A stretch of 37,068 bases of DNA from a bacterium (lineage in GTDB: Bacteria > SZUA-182 > DTGQ01). Shown in pieces: positions 1 to 10,400 of the stretch. Each line of letters begins with the position of its first letter. The stretch's first letter is position 1. The notes below the pieces were generated by a model. It saw nothing but the letters and a program-made list of their open reading frames with translations, was not told where the DNA came from and made no database searches. The position numbers and the translations under genes were made by a program. Location of the stretch: NCBI GenBank assembly GCA_040752695.1, contig JBFMGO010000048.1, forward strand, positions 1 to 37,068, given 5' to 3'.

Positions 1-1
1 G

Positions 2-127
2 GCCTACTGGACATTCCAGACCAATTTGCCGGGCATGTACTTTGTACAAATCACCGCCTTTGACCAGCGCGGCGGATGGACACAATCGGAATTCCCGATC
101 GAGGTCCAACCCTGGTGGTCACTGTAA
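2..127 (+). CDS. 3' end of a gene entering the window; probable Ig/PKD-like C-terminal segment (AYWTFQTNLPGMYFVQITAFDQRGGWTQSEFPIEVQPWWSL*)
   Basis: Open frame from position 2 to TAA at 125-127. The PG.Y.V.ITA.D..GG pattern resembles the end of an Ig-like beta-sandwich. Confidence 0.6.
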   Translation, partial: AYWTFQTNLPGMYFVQITAFDQRGGWTQSEFPIEVQPWWSL

Positions 128-181
128 AAGCCCGGCTATCGTTTAAGAGCCTGGCCTCTATCAAAGCCCCAAAAAAACAAC

Positions 182-209
182 AGGGACGGGACATTTTTGT
201 CCCGTCCCT
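182..209. terminator. Hairpin, probable intrinsic terminator
   Basis: 12-bp perfect inverted repeat agggacgggaca/tgtcccgtccct with a 4-nt loop. The A-tract is on the left side, so orientation is ambiguous. Confidence 0.55.
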
Positions 210-656
210 CCCATCACAATTATAATGCAGCTCACGATAGACGGGACAACAGAGAGAGTCTTCTCTATATCTTCCCTTTTGTATAATTCCTCTTTGTAAC
301 TATATTTTGCACTTTTTTTCATTACGAAGTTATTGATATTTCAAGCAGTTACCAAAAAATGCAAAAGCATAGTTTGTAAATTACCCTTTGTAAATCACCT
401 TTTATATAATTCATGCTATAAGGCTTGTCTATCCAGCGCGTAAAAATGGATGATCTTTTGTTGTATCCCTTTTTACCTGGCGAAATGGTATGAGGATGTT
501 AAAATCCCCATCCCCTTTGATAAAGAGGCATAGGTGCCTTTGGTTATTTCATTGATATTTTTTAACCTGTAAACATCTCTCATAGCTCTTGTTTCGCTGT
601 TGGGTAATGTTTCATCATTGAAACCGGAATTACATTTTTGTTACGCTATTAGTAGT

Positions 657-702
657 TAAGTATTTGAATATTATATACTTATATATTGGCACTCAATATG
701 CT
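657..702 (+). promoter_or_regulatory. Putative sigma54 (-24/-12) promoter with upstream IHF-like site
   Basis: TGGCAC-tcaat-ATGC at 687-701 has exact GG-N10-GC spacing. The reverse complement of 657-669 (attcaaatactta) is one mismatch from the IHF consensus WATCAANNNNTTR. It lies in a long AT-rich intergenic region. Confidence 0.55.
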
Positions 703-851
703 TGATAAAGGTATCAGAGTAAAAGATATTGTCCACCCTAAAATTGATGAAGGCCAGAGAAAGGAGGAATTGATTACCTGTTAACATTCGCACCATAAAT
801 AAATAATCAAGAAAATCCTAATACCTCATGAGAAGAAAAGGAGAAAGGGTT

Positions 852-1433
852 ATGAAAAGGGCTATGAATGGAAAAAGAAATAAAAAGATAAAAATACTAC
901 TCGTGGCAATTTTTTTCCTTATCGGGACCAGTGCCTTCAGGCTCATAACGGTCAGCGCTCAAAACTGGACTGCCTTGCCGCCGTACAATACCCTCTGGCC
1001 GTTATGGTCTCCGGTACTCTCTCCGGTAAGCAATACGACGGGACTTCCGACACCTCTTGTCACCAGTCTAACGCCAGGTACTGTTTTGCCTGTGCAGCCT
1101 GCTCTCACCTGGCACCCGAGTCTGAGAAGCCCCTGGCTGCTCTACAATACACCGTTGGGCATGGCCTATTACGATCCCATTGGCGGCATCAATCTCTGGC
1201 CTCCCCCCATACTCACCAACCAGATCACCGGCTCTCCCATCACCATCACCCTGCCAGCCGGATATTCTGCACTTCTCCCTACCCCTGCATGGTGGATTTT
1301 AAATAACGTTTCTCCAGCAAATTGGTCATATCTCGTAGCTTACCCCAGCTATTCAACAGCACTCTCTACGATAGCCCCGGCACTTTCTCAACCCACAATC
1401 ACCTCATTGCTGTCTGGCACCGCACTCTTGTAA
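852..1433 (+). CDS. Secreted Pro/Ser/Thr/Trp-rich hypothetical protein
   Basis: ORF 828..1433; ATG at 852 follows AGGAG. Basic N-terminus, hydrophobic core and VSA|Q cleavage site. The mature part is low complexity (WTALPPYNTLWPLWSP...). Confidence 0.75.
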   Translation: MKRAMNGKRNKKIKILLVAIFFLIGTSAFRLITVSAQNWTALPPYNTLWPLWSPVLSPVSNTTGLPTPLVTSLTPGTVLPVQPALTWHPSLRSPWLLYNTPLGMAYYDPIGGINLWPPPILTNQITGSPITITLPAGYSALLPTPAWWILNNVSPANWSYLVAYPSYSTALSTIAPALSQPTITSLLSGTALL

Positions 1434-1467
1434 GGCATCTTCTCTACTTACCACCGATTCTTTTATC

Positions 1468-1507
1468 AGGACCGGAAAAAGAGATCCCCTGTGTTTTTTC
1501 CGGTCCT
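1468..1507. terminator. Hairpin, probable terminator
   Basis: 13-bp inverted repeat aggaccggaaaaa/tttttccggtcct just downstream of the stop codon. Confidence 0.55.
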
Positions 1508-1694
1508 CTCAATGCATCGAAAAACTGTATCTTGTATAATGGTTATATTATAATTATAATTATGGATTATTGGTGTAGATGGGAAGAAACTGGAAGCATT
1601 GTTTAAAGAAACGCTCGTCAGGCAACAGAAGCACTTATCAGGGAGTACGAACTCTTACCAGACAGCTTAAGCGCTCATGGGGTAAACAAAGAGT

Positions 1695-2120
1695 ATGATT
1701 CATATCACAAATACTATAGCCATTGACGAGAAGGAAATCCAGGAGGAGTTTGTCAGGTCATCGGGACCAGGCGGGCAAAACGTCAACAAGGTCGCCACAG
1801 CGGTACAACTCCGTTTTAATGCGGCTCACTCTCCTTCTCTGCCGGAAAATGTTCGCCAGCGACTGCTCCGGCTGGCAGGCAGGCGCATTACCACAGATGG
1901 CGTACTGGTTATCGCAGCCCAGCGGTTCCGTACACAGGAGAGAAACCGTCAGGATGCGGTCGAGCGGCTGGTTGAATTGATCCGCATGGCCACCAGGCAG
2001 CCCAAGCCCCGGCACAAGACAGGACCGACACGCGCATCAAAAGAGCGAAGGCTTGAAGCCAAACGCCGCCGAAGCGAAATTAAAAGCAGTCGTCGTCCCC
2101 TCCAATGCGGAGAAGACTAG
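1695..2120 (+). CDS. arfB: Alternative ribosome rescue factor ArfB (YaeJ), peptidyl-tRNA hydrolase
   Basis: FVRSSGPGGQNVNKVATAVQLRF with the GGQ motif, RTQERNR, and a basic C-terminal tail (TRASKERRLEAKRRRSEIK). Confidence 0.96.
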   Translation: MIHITNTIAIDEKEIQEEFVRSSGPGGQNVNKVATAVQLRFNAAHSPSLPENVRQRLLRLAGRRITTDGVLVIAAQRFRTQERNRQDAVERLVELIRMATRQPKPRHKTGPTRASKERRLEAKRRRSEIKSSRRPLQCGED

Positions 2121-2149
2121 GAGCTTGTCAATCAAATATTGAGGGGTAA

Positions 2150-2177
2150 CTGGATTTTAAGCTTTCACGGGAATGAC
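2150..2177. repeat. Degenerate half copy of the palindromic repeat family at 15504 and 35747
   Basis: ctggattttaagctttcacgggaatgac versus ctggattcccgctttcgcgggaatgac at 35788-35814. Confidence 0.55.
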
Positions 2178-2343
2178 GAATAACGTGCTGCGTGGATGAC
2201 AATCTATCCGGCCGCGTAATTCCCGCGCCGTGTACTTAGGATGCTGAATGACGGCTAATAGGGCTGAAGCTGGTAGCTGGGCGCTGGATAAGGAAAAAGT
2301 ATGGACAGGGAAATCTTCCAGAAGAAGGATGCCTGTGCAAGTA

Positions 2344-2922
2344 TTATTCGCCATGCCTATACACCTTGGCTGCTGTTAACAGTATCGTGGGATTGAGCCG
2401 CACATTGGAGTCTGGATGAGCATATTCAAATTTGATAACACCATCCGTACCGATTATGAATACTGCCGGAACCGGCAATAGGTGGTGCTTTTCTCCTGAA
2501 GCCTCCTCCAGATCAATGCCTTCCTTCAGGAACTTCTCATATTTCCGGTCACTCACTTTATAAGCAAGACCTAGGGCCTGGGCCCCCGTCATCCTGCTGT
2601 CGGACAGCAGCAGGTAGCTCAGCTTATGCCTTTCAATGCTTTCCTGCAACTTTTCCGGGCGGTCCCCACACATGGCAATAATCTGGTAGCCAAGCTCAGC
2701 AAGTTGTGGTTCAATCTCTTGCAGTTGTCCCAACTGCCTGTTGCAGCGCGGTCACCATCCGCCCCGGTAAACGACCAATATGGTTGGCTTTTCAGCTATA
2801 GCTGCACTGAAATCAAATGGACGGCCTTTAGCCGTGAATAATGTCAATCTTGGAACCTTTGCCCCTACCAAGAGAGGGCAGATCCCTGCCGGAGAATCGG
2901 GCAGTTTGTTTATCCGGTCCAT
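2344..2922 (-). CDS. AhpC/TSA (peroxiredoxin-like, thioredoxin fold) selenoprotein with UxxC motif, about 192 aa
   Basis: ORFs 2752..2964 and 2344..2733 are in frame. The junction reads YRGGW-TGA(2752-2754)-PRCNRQL, matching the family motif YRGxWCPxC. LPVPAVFII occurs later. ATG at 2922 follows AAAAGGGGA, and a SECIS-like hairpin follows the TGA. Confidence 0.88.
2721..2737 (-). promoter_or_regulatory. Putative bacterial SECIS hairpin of the peroxiredoxin-like gene
   Basis: mRNA GCAGUUG-GGA-CAACUGC, a perfect 7-bp stem at +15..+31 after the UGA, with a G-led apical loop. Confidence 0.72.
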
Positions 2923-3317
2923 AGTTATTATTCCCCTTTTTATTGAAATCACCTTAAAAATCAAGGTAAATGCTCAGCCATTTATCATTCCTGCCTTCAT
3001 TGATCTCGGTCAATCTCTCAAAAAGAGTTACCTGGAATATTCTCTGACTTTTCATATTGGGTATAGGGTATATATTACTGGGTGTATATTACCGGGTATA
3101 TATCGACGATTCTTTGTTGTTACGGCTGAGATATGACTTTATGTTTGTATTTTTTGCTATCGATAGGGTATTATAAAAACAGGTAAAAAATAAAGTGGGG
3201 ACATGGGTGGGGCGAGGGGCTTTCAGGCCGTCCGTCAAGCTCTATAAAGAAAATGAAAAATATAAAATAAAAACTACTCATATAAACCTTCTGTAAACGT
3301 GTTGCAAGGAGTCTGCA

Positions 3318-6152
3318 ATGAAAAAAAAGAGAATGAATAAACAAATTGCGTGGGTTTTAGAAAGGGTGAGCAGTATTGTCACGGAGATTATCATGGGTGT
3401 TACTGCGGGTATTATCAAGGGCATAACCATAGGTATTACGGCAGGTGCCCTCGTCCTCATTCTGCCTGGAATCCTGACTGGAAAGGGTGCCTGGGCTGCT
3501 TCCGTCGGTCCGGCGGCTGTCTGCACCAGAAATGATCAATGCCAGCCCGAAGAGTATTGCCAAAAGCAGGCCGGTGATTGCCAGGGAGAGGGGGTATGCA
3601 GGCACATACCCCGCATGTGCCCGGCAAATTATGATTGGGTCTGCGGATGCGATGGCAGGACATACGGCAATTACTGTGATGCTGCCGTGGGTAGCGTAAA
3701 TGTAGAACGCTCCGGGCGATGCATTCCCGGCGATCTCAATATCGATGACCAGATCACTCCCCAGGATGCCCTGATCGCCTTTCAGTGCTATCTGGTACCT
3801 GAATGCTACGAATTGAATAAGGATGCCGCTGACGTCAATCAGGACGGTCAGGTTACGCCGGCGGATGCTCTTTGTCTGTTCCGGAAATATTTGGGGCAGA
3901 CTTCCTGCCTGGACTTGGTCAAGCTCCACTGCATCGAATTTTTTCATCAGTCCCATCTGCCTACGGCTGAATACCTTGCCACCATGCTGGGTACCAGGCT
4001 GGAGAAGACAGGAACTGACTATAAGGTGGTCCCTGTCGCCAGTCAGCCGGTCGGGCTTGGCTGGGAAGGTGAAATGAAATGGATAAGGAAAGGATATGAA
4101 TACACTACCGGCAATGGCGGACGGATCACCATCTGGGTTGACGCCAGCGACAGGACCTATGCGGTAACCTACCTTCTGAAGAGGCTGGGGACATCGAGCG
4201 GATGGTCATGGGATCAGGAGAAGATTTTGGCCAGGATGAAAGATATCCTGCACTTGCTGGGAGTAGTCTTGACTGGCGCGGAAGAGTTCTCGATGAGCAA
4301 AAATTCCGCTGGCCCCGGCTCTCACTGGTACGATTTTTCCGTAAAGCAAAAATTCGGCGATACAACCCTGAGCTATCCGGGAATTTTTGCCGAGATCGAG
4401 GGAGATACGGGCGAAATTAATTTCCTGAAAATCTATAGATGGTACGATAACCTCCATGAAATCAAGGTCATTCTTCCTGATGAGGATTTGAAGGAAAAGG
4501 CAGCGGATTACTATACGTTAAACTCGCTGGCCACGGTGAACACTCCGGCCACGGCGAACACGACGGACGCAGCGAACTCGCCCGGCACGGTGAGTACAGT
4601 GAATACAGTAAGTGCAGTGAGCACAGCGGGTGCAGCGGGCACGATGGACACGATGGACACGATAAGTCCAGTAAGTCAGGAAGGTATCAGTATACCGGAC
4701 AATCTTGCGGTCGAGGGCTTGTACATCATCAAGGACAGGCTCTGTAAAAAGATTGGAGGGGCGGCTATTGATGAGTGGGGATCAACCCTGCATCTATTTA
4801 TCGATGTTCAGACCGGTCAGGTTGTCGATACGGAGCGCCTGCTCGTGGATAGCCTCCCTGATGAGTCAGGTGGTTTATATGACGGGGGGGAAGACGGAGC
4901 AGGGTTAGGAACAGGTGCAGATAACGGGGGAGACGGAGCAGGAATGGGAGACGGGTTAGTGCTGCAAGATGCCGCTCGATCGGAGCCGCCTGAGGGCCTG
5001 ATGCTACTGATAGAGTATGAAGGTATGGACGGGCTGACCAATTTCGTCTATGAGCTTCAGAAAAGAGCGATACCATCGCTGCTTTTGGCCTCGGCGGATT
5101 TTGTGGCTCAGCACGCTGAGGATCTCAGGAAACTGCAAGGATATGGGATGGAAGTCGGAGCCTTATGCTCTCCCTCCCCGCCGATGTGGGATGTGCCCTA
5201 TGAAGAGCAGTATGCGATCATCAAAGACAGAAAGGAGAGGATTGATGCCTGTTTGGGAAAGCCGATCAAGGCGATAGCCTCGACCTATTTCGCCTATGAT
5301 GTGAATACCCTCAAAGTGGCTGAAGCGCTTGGTATTCCTTTCGTCATGGCCAGAGGTACGACCGGGTCCAGGGCAACGATCTATCAGCCCGAAGGGTATA
5401 TGACCAGGATCTTTTCCGTTTCGAATGTCTCATCGGAGAAATGGGGAACAGGCAGTCTCTGCGATTACAGCTATTGGGCGAGAGAGGGAACTCCCGCACA
5501 GTTCAGTGAGGAGTTGTTTGATGCAGCCTTGCAACAGGCAAAAATTTCCCCTGTCTCCCATGCCCGCATTGGAGGATTGAAAGCGGCCTGGAATGCAGTA
5601 TATCTGGATTTTCTGGATCACGCATTCGTCCACTGGGTGAGTCTGGATATCTTCGGGGCAGTTGATGCACGGCTCCCGCTCGATGAAATACCTCAAAACC
5701 GGCAGGTAGAGTACACCACACCCAAACCGGCAAAGCCGCTGGAAGAAGAGCCCAATCTGGATAATCCCTGCCTGCTGGTCAGTGATTTCCCACCGCTGCC
5801 CGGTCAGGGCAGCCAGCAGGATACCCAGGGCAGTCAGGAAGACAAAGGAGAGGGAAAAATCATCATCTTTCATAATGGCTCAGGCCCCATGTGCCTGGCT
5901 GCTCTTGACTTTCTCAAGACCCTCGACTATCCGGTTGAACAGCATCTGGTGTCCGATGAGGACTTCAGGGAGAGACTAAACGAGCTCAAGGCCCAATTCG
6001 GCTCAAGCGAGGGGCTGTCGGAAACCTTCGGCTATCTCCCCATTATCTTCCTGAAAGATAGCGCCTATTCTGGATTTAATGATCAGGTGAAGAAAGGCAT
6101 CATGCAGGCTATCCTTGGAGTGGAGGAGACTTCTCAAGTCCCTTTGAAGTGA
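3318..6152 (+). CDS. Secreted multidomain protein: Kazal-type domain, type I dockerin-like domain, unknown domain, linker, polysaccharide deacetylase-like domain, glutaredoxin-like domain
   Basis: Kazal: CPANYDWVCGCDGRTYGNYC. Dockerin double repeat: GDLNIDDQITPQDAL and ADVNQDGQVTPADAL. NodB-like segment: LRKLQGYGMEVG...PYEEQYAIIKD...IDACLGKPI. C-terminal IIIFHNGSGPMC...LPIIFL...YSGF. Confidence 0.8.
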   Translation: MKKKRMNKQIAWVLERVSSIVTEIIMGVTAGIIKGITIGITAGALVLILPGILTGKGAWAASVGPAAVCTRNDQCQPEEYCQKQAGDCQGEGVCRHIPRMCPANYDWVCGCDGRTYGNYCDAAVGSVNVERSGRCIPGDLNIDDQITPQDALIAFQCYLVPECYELNKDAADVNQDGQVTPADALCLFRKYLGQTSCLDLVKLHCIEFFHQSHLPTAEYLATMLGTRLEKTGTDYKVVPVASQPVGLGWEGEMKWIRKGYEYTTGNGGRITIWVDASDRTYAVTYLLKRLGTSSGWSWDQEKILARMKDILHLLGVVLTGAEEFSMSKNSAGPGSHWYDFSVKQKFGDTTLSYPGIFAEIEGDTGEINFLKIYRWYDNLHEIKVILPDEDLKEKAADYYTLNSLATVNTPATANTTDAANSPGTVSTVNTVSAVSTAGAAGTMDTMDTISPVSQEGISIPDNLAVEGLYIIKDRLCKKIGGAAIDEWGSTLHLFIDVQTGQVVDTERLLVDSLPDESGGLYDGGEDGAGLGTGADNGGDGAGMGDGLVLQDAARSEPPEGLMLLIEYEGMDGLTNFVYELQKRAIPSLLLASADFVAQHAEDLRKLQGYGMEVGALCSPSPPMWDVPYEEQYAIIKDRKERIDACLGKPIKAIASTYFAYDVNTLKVAEALGIPFVMARGTTGSRATIYQPEGYMTRIFSVSNVSSEKWGTGSLCDYSYWAREGTPAQFSEELFDAALQQAKISPVSHARIGGLKAAWNAVYLDFLDHAFVHWVSLDIFGAVDARLPLDEIPQNRQVEYTTPKPAKPLEEEPNLDNPCLLVSDFPPLPGQGSQQDTQGSQEDKGEGKIIIFHNGSGPMCLAALDFLKTLDYPVEQHLVSDEDFRERLNELKAQFGSSEGLSETFGYLPIIFLKDSAYSGFNDQVKKGIMQAILGVEETSQVPLK

Positions 6153-6224
6153 CAAGGCAAGGAGCACGTGAAAAAAAGTGATAAAAATTGAAGGGGGAAA
6201 TTCCCTGAAGCAATGAAAGGTCCT

Positions 6225-7112
6225 TCATCTTCCGTGCAATGGTTCCCATGGGATCACTACCCGTGGGATTTCACCACGGAGGCGGCCTGCTTTCTTATCA
6301 TAGAATCTTACGGTATAGATTCCGGGAAACAAACCGGCAATGGCAATGGTAAGATCATAGTCACATATGCAGCGGCATCCATCTCCTTGCAGCTTCTCAT
6401 CCTCGTAAATCCTGATGATCATATCCGCCATGTCTATCGTGTTCATCGTTACGGCAATCTCTTCGATGCAGCAGTTATATGAAGCGTTACTGTGAAATAG
6501 ATAAAGCAGGTGGTCCTCCTGGTAATCAGCGGTAAATTCCTCATTTTCTCCGGGCGATCTGACAGGCTCTCCTGTACATCCGCTGTTCTGGTAATGCAGG
6601 ATGTAGGCATCGGCATCCGCTGCCGGCATAATTCTGATTTGTGCTGTTGCAATATGCCCGAAGCTATTGGTCGAAGTCAAAAAAGCCCTTATCGTATAAA
6701 ATCCTGGAGGCACCGTCACATTGTGGTCATCTGTCTGATTCCACTGAACTTGGAACCTTTTCGTTTCTTTGGGTTCCAGTTCGAGTGTGCCAAGAACCAT
6801 AATATATCCTCTATCAGCGGAAAACTGCCAGACTTTGATACCGATTGCGTTCCTGATTACTGCGTCGAATTCTCTGCTGGTATTAAAATTGAGTGTAACC
6901 GGCTCCTCCTTTGGATTGGTCACCTCGTAGGTAATCTCCACAGGTTGGCCCTGGGTGTAAACGGGCTGGTCAGTGACAACGGTTGATTGCAGCCTGACCA
7001 CCTTCGGATGAAGACGGTTGGCGAGAGGGAACGTGCCGGAATCATACCCTCTGGCGGTTGCCAGTGCAGTAACGATGCAGATCAGGCCCAAGGCCAGAAA
7101 CAGCCGTTTCAT
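6225..7112 (-). CDS. Secreted protein with BsuPI-like (proteinase inhibitor) Ig domain and Cys-rich C-terminal domain
   Basis: Signal peptide; TLNFNTSREFD...VWQFS...LEPKETKRF..QWNQTD...VPPGFY matches the BsuPI pattern. C-terminal YNCC and CRCICDY motifs. Confidence 0.75.
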   Translation of the reverse strand: MKRLFLALGLICIVTALATARGYDSGTFPLANRLHPKVVRLQSTVVTDQPVYTQGQPVEITYEVTNPKEEPVTLNFNTSREFDAVIRNAIGIKVWQFSADRGYIMVLGTLELEPKETKRFQVQWNQTDDHNVTVPPGFYTIRAFLTSTNSFGHIATAQIRIMPAADADAYILHYQNSGCTGEPVRSPGENEEFTADYQEDHLLYLFHSNASYNCCIEEIAVTMNTIDMADMIIRIYEDEKLQGDGCRCICDYDLTIAIAGLFPGIYTVRFYDKKAGRLRGEIPRVVIPWEPLHGR

Positions 7113-7319
7113 TGCTTCCCCTCTTTGCCAGGTTTAAGGATGTGGATTAATGATTGCAAACCCTGCAAGATCCTTTATCGGCATTTCTCGATAGGATTAA
7201 TTCATAAAATAAGGAATAAAATAAGGAATTAGTAAAACGGCTAACTGGTAAAATGGTTGATTTTAATAATTGGCTGGTTGGAAAATTGGTTAGTTAACAA
7301 ATTGGCTGGTTGAAAAAAG

Positions 7320-7347
7320 CCAGGGACCGGTAATCACCGGTCCCTGG
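7320..7347 (-). terminator. Intrinsic terminator of the beta-propeller gene
   Basis: 12-bp inverted repeat ccagggaccggt/accggtccctgg, followed on the minus strand by a T-tract (aaaaaa at 7313-7318). Confidence 0.8.
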
Positions 7348-7409
7348 GGCTCTCTTGACTTCTCTGGATGAGTCATTCTCCTCATAGATGGTCATTCCGC
7401 TCTTGTTCG

Positions 7410-10400
7410 TCATTCCCCTCTGAGCAGAATTACCTTTTCTATGGGATAGCCGTAAGGTTGGGTATCGCTGTCGGCAGACTTTTCCAGGGTAATCACATTA
7501 TTCTCCCTATAGGTTTGCATATCGATCGCCTTGATTTTGGCATCGGATATGGTGTAGAAGTTATTACCGATGTAGATGATCCTTCTGATATCATTCTCAC
7601 CGCCATAGTAGTAATAGCCCGCTTTCTTGAATTCCTCGTCACTATCATAATGGGTTATGGCGGCTTTTTTCTCGAATCCGCTGGTTAAATCGATATGGTA
7701 AAAGTAGGCTCCCTGGAAGGTGTATTCATAATTACTGTAAGTGTCTTTCGCGTCTTCAATCTTTTGGGTAACGGTAACGGGGAAGGCCATGAGGTTCTTG
7801 TCCTTGCTGAATAACAGGGCCTTATGGTCTGTCAGCAGTTCAGACTGGGTATTCCGGTAGCCGATAATCTCCTGGTGCAATTCAACGGGGTGGGTAACAT
7901 CGGTAACATCAAACAGGGAGATTTTCATGCCCAATATGGCTGTGTAGTAAACCGCATTGGCCGAATGTATTTTATCGGCATCGATACTGGCATCAACGTC
8001 ACGGCCAAAGCCGATCAGGTGGTTCTCATCATAAGGATGCAGGTATTCACTGTATCCCGGAATCTTCAACTGCCCGAGGATCTGCGGATGTGCAGGATCT
8101 GCGAGCGAGACGACAAACAGGGGATCGACCTGCAGGAAGGTCACCACATAAGCCTTATCTCCCATGAATCTGACCGATTTGATGCTCTCTCCGGGAGCGA
8201 TGTTTTCAATACTTCCCACCTGTTCCATGTTGCCGTTCAAGACGTAGAGATTATTGCTTGATGGATTACTCTCATCCCAGGTGTATCCCTTGGTAGTGGC
8301 TATCCTGAAATGGTTGTCGTACTCATCCATGGAGAACTGGTTAATAATCGTTCCCGGTACCCTGGCCTTGCCTGCATACTGGATTGTCTCTTCATCAAAA
8401 CTGAATTTATAGACCTGGGTATTGGGGCTGTTCGAATACCCGGCGACAATCCTCTCAGGCGCAGCAGAAGCAGCAGCAGCGGCGGTACCATCGTCGTCCT
8501 CATCCGTATAGGTAGTACGGGCAACGAACAGATTATCGAGCGATGCGTACACGTTCTGGCTCGATCCCAAAATGACCTCTTTGCCGATTGCTCCATCAGG
8601 ATCGTCGACAGGTATGCCTACCACGACAAGGTAGGTGGATTCGGTAGATCCGGGAAAGTAAGACACCTGCTCGCAGTCACAGATAGCCTTATCGGCCTTG
8701 TCGTTCGAGGATCGAGCGGAATCGGCATACTTGGGAATCATTGTTTCGGGAGTATCCGGGGAAACAGAAGTCCCGGCACCCAAAAGAACGGGATTCGTGT
8801 CCACAGGTACGGGAATATATTGAGCGTACTGGTTCATGACCACATAGAGAGTATCATCCACTTTCCTCGATTGCAGATAGGTTCCTTCAAACTTGAGATT
8901 CCTCTTCTCTTTCACGCTGGCCCGGTTGGTTATATCGTATATAATTACCCTGGTGAAAGAAGATCGCGGTATATAGTAGGGTGAATAATAACCAGGAGCA
9001 CGGATTGCAGTGGTCATAATACTCACATCCCCGATCGGGGAGCTGTTACTTTCTTGAACCGGCTCATAATCGTTTCCGATAACGATCAGGGTATCTCCAT
9101 CCACATATAATTGATTGGGGGTGAAGGTATCCTTTTCGTAGTCAATCTTGGGATACTCCTTCATCTCACTGGCAGGATAGGCTTTGATGATCCTGACGCT
9201 TCTCCCTTTTATCATATAGATATAGGCACCATCGTTCTTGATCCGGTCAGCTTCATCCACGCCGGCTACCTGAACGTTGGTGGTCGAGTAGTCGTCCGCA
9301 CCACTGCCGCCGGTAGAGGCGGTGGTAGAAAAAGCGGCTACCCGTGTACCATCCAGCGCAGCAGCTTCAGGGGCCATTCCATAGGCCGCATAATACCCTA
9401 TATCCTTCGAAGAGGAATTGGTTATTTCATTCAACTTCTCCCGCAGCTTGCTGCAACTGGAAAATCTGGGTAAAATTCCCGTTGCCGCAGTACCGCTTTC
9501 AGTAATAGTGATCTGGGTGGAAACAGTCTGGGCATAATTCTTGTCATAAGCGGTCAGGGAGGCTTCTATCGTATAGGTGCCCGCTGGTACTGGCGTGTGG
9601 TGATTGTCTGTCTGGTCCCAGTCGGTATGATAACTATAGGATTTTCCTACTTCCAGTGTGCGATTGGTGAAGGACTGGGCAAAGCGCTTTTCATTAGACC
9701 ACTGCCAGACCATAGCCTTCGAGCTGTCTTTGATTACTATGTCATATTGTTGACTGGAACTAAATACGATGTCAACCGCATTCTTATCCGAATTGGCTAC
9801 GGTAAAAGTGATCTTTACCGGCTCTTGCAGCTCATACTCAGCCTTATCGGTTTCAACTTTGTAGTCCAGTTTGCCAGTCCTCGGAACGCGAGGTGTGGAA
9901 TATTTAATATCAGTAAAATTGAGGCCGGGCAAGATACTTCCCTGTTGCGGGAAAGAATAACTGGCCGATGTCCTTGGATAGGGAGAAAGTTGAGGAGTGT
10001 AGAGAGAAGGGAGTTGATTATTATAGGAAAACTGATTCCCGAGGGAAAGCTGTGATGCCGGATTTCCGAAGGGATAAGGCGAAACTGGAGAGTAAGGTGA
10101 AGCGTACGAAGGAGAGGAATAAGGCGAAGTATATAGGTTAGCAGAATATGGGAAAATGTTTACTGATAAATTGATGGAAACAGGTGAGGTTGTCCATGAA
10201 GATACCGGATTGGTGCTCCAGAGTGACGCCGTGTTCAGGGGTGAAGAGTAGGAGGACGATGAGGATAGCCAATTCATGGGGTTGGACAAATCGCTGGTGG
10301 ACCAGCCACCAATAGTAGCTACGTTATTATATGGATTGAAGCTGGGGGGCTGATATAGTTGCGCTGTTGAACTGCCTGCAAGCAGGCAAAATCCTGCCAG

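Noticed and set aside
1695..2922. Functional link between ArfB ribosome rescue and the neighbouring UGA-containing gene
   Set aside because: The genes are convergent, and nothing beyond adjacency supports a link.
7175..7201. Sigma28 promoter for the BsuPI gene (perfect GCCGATAA on the minus strand)
   Set aside because: No TAAA -35 element at the required spacing.
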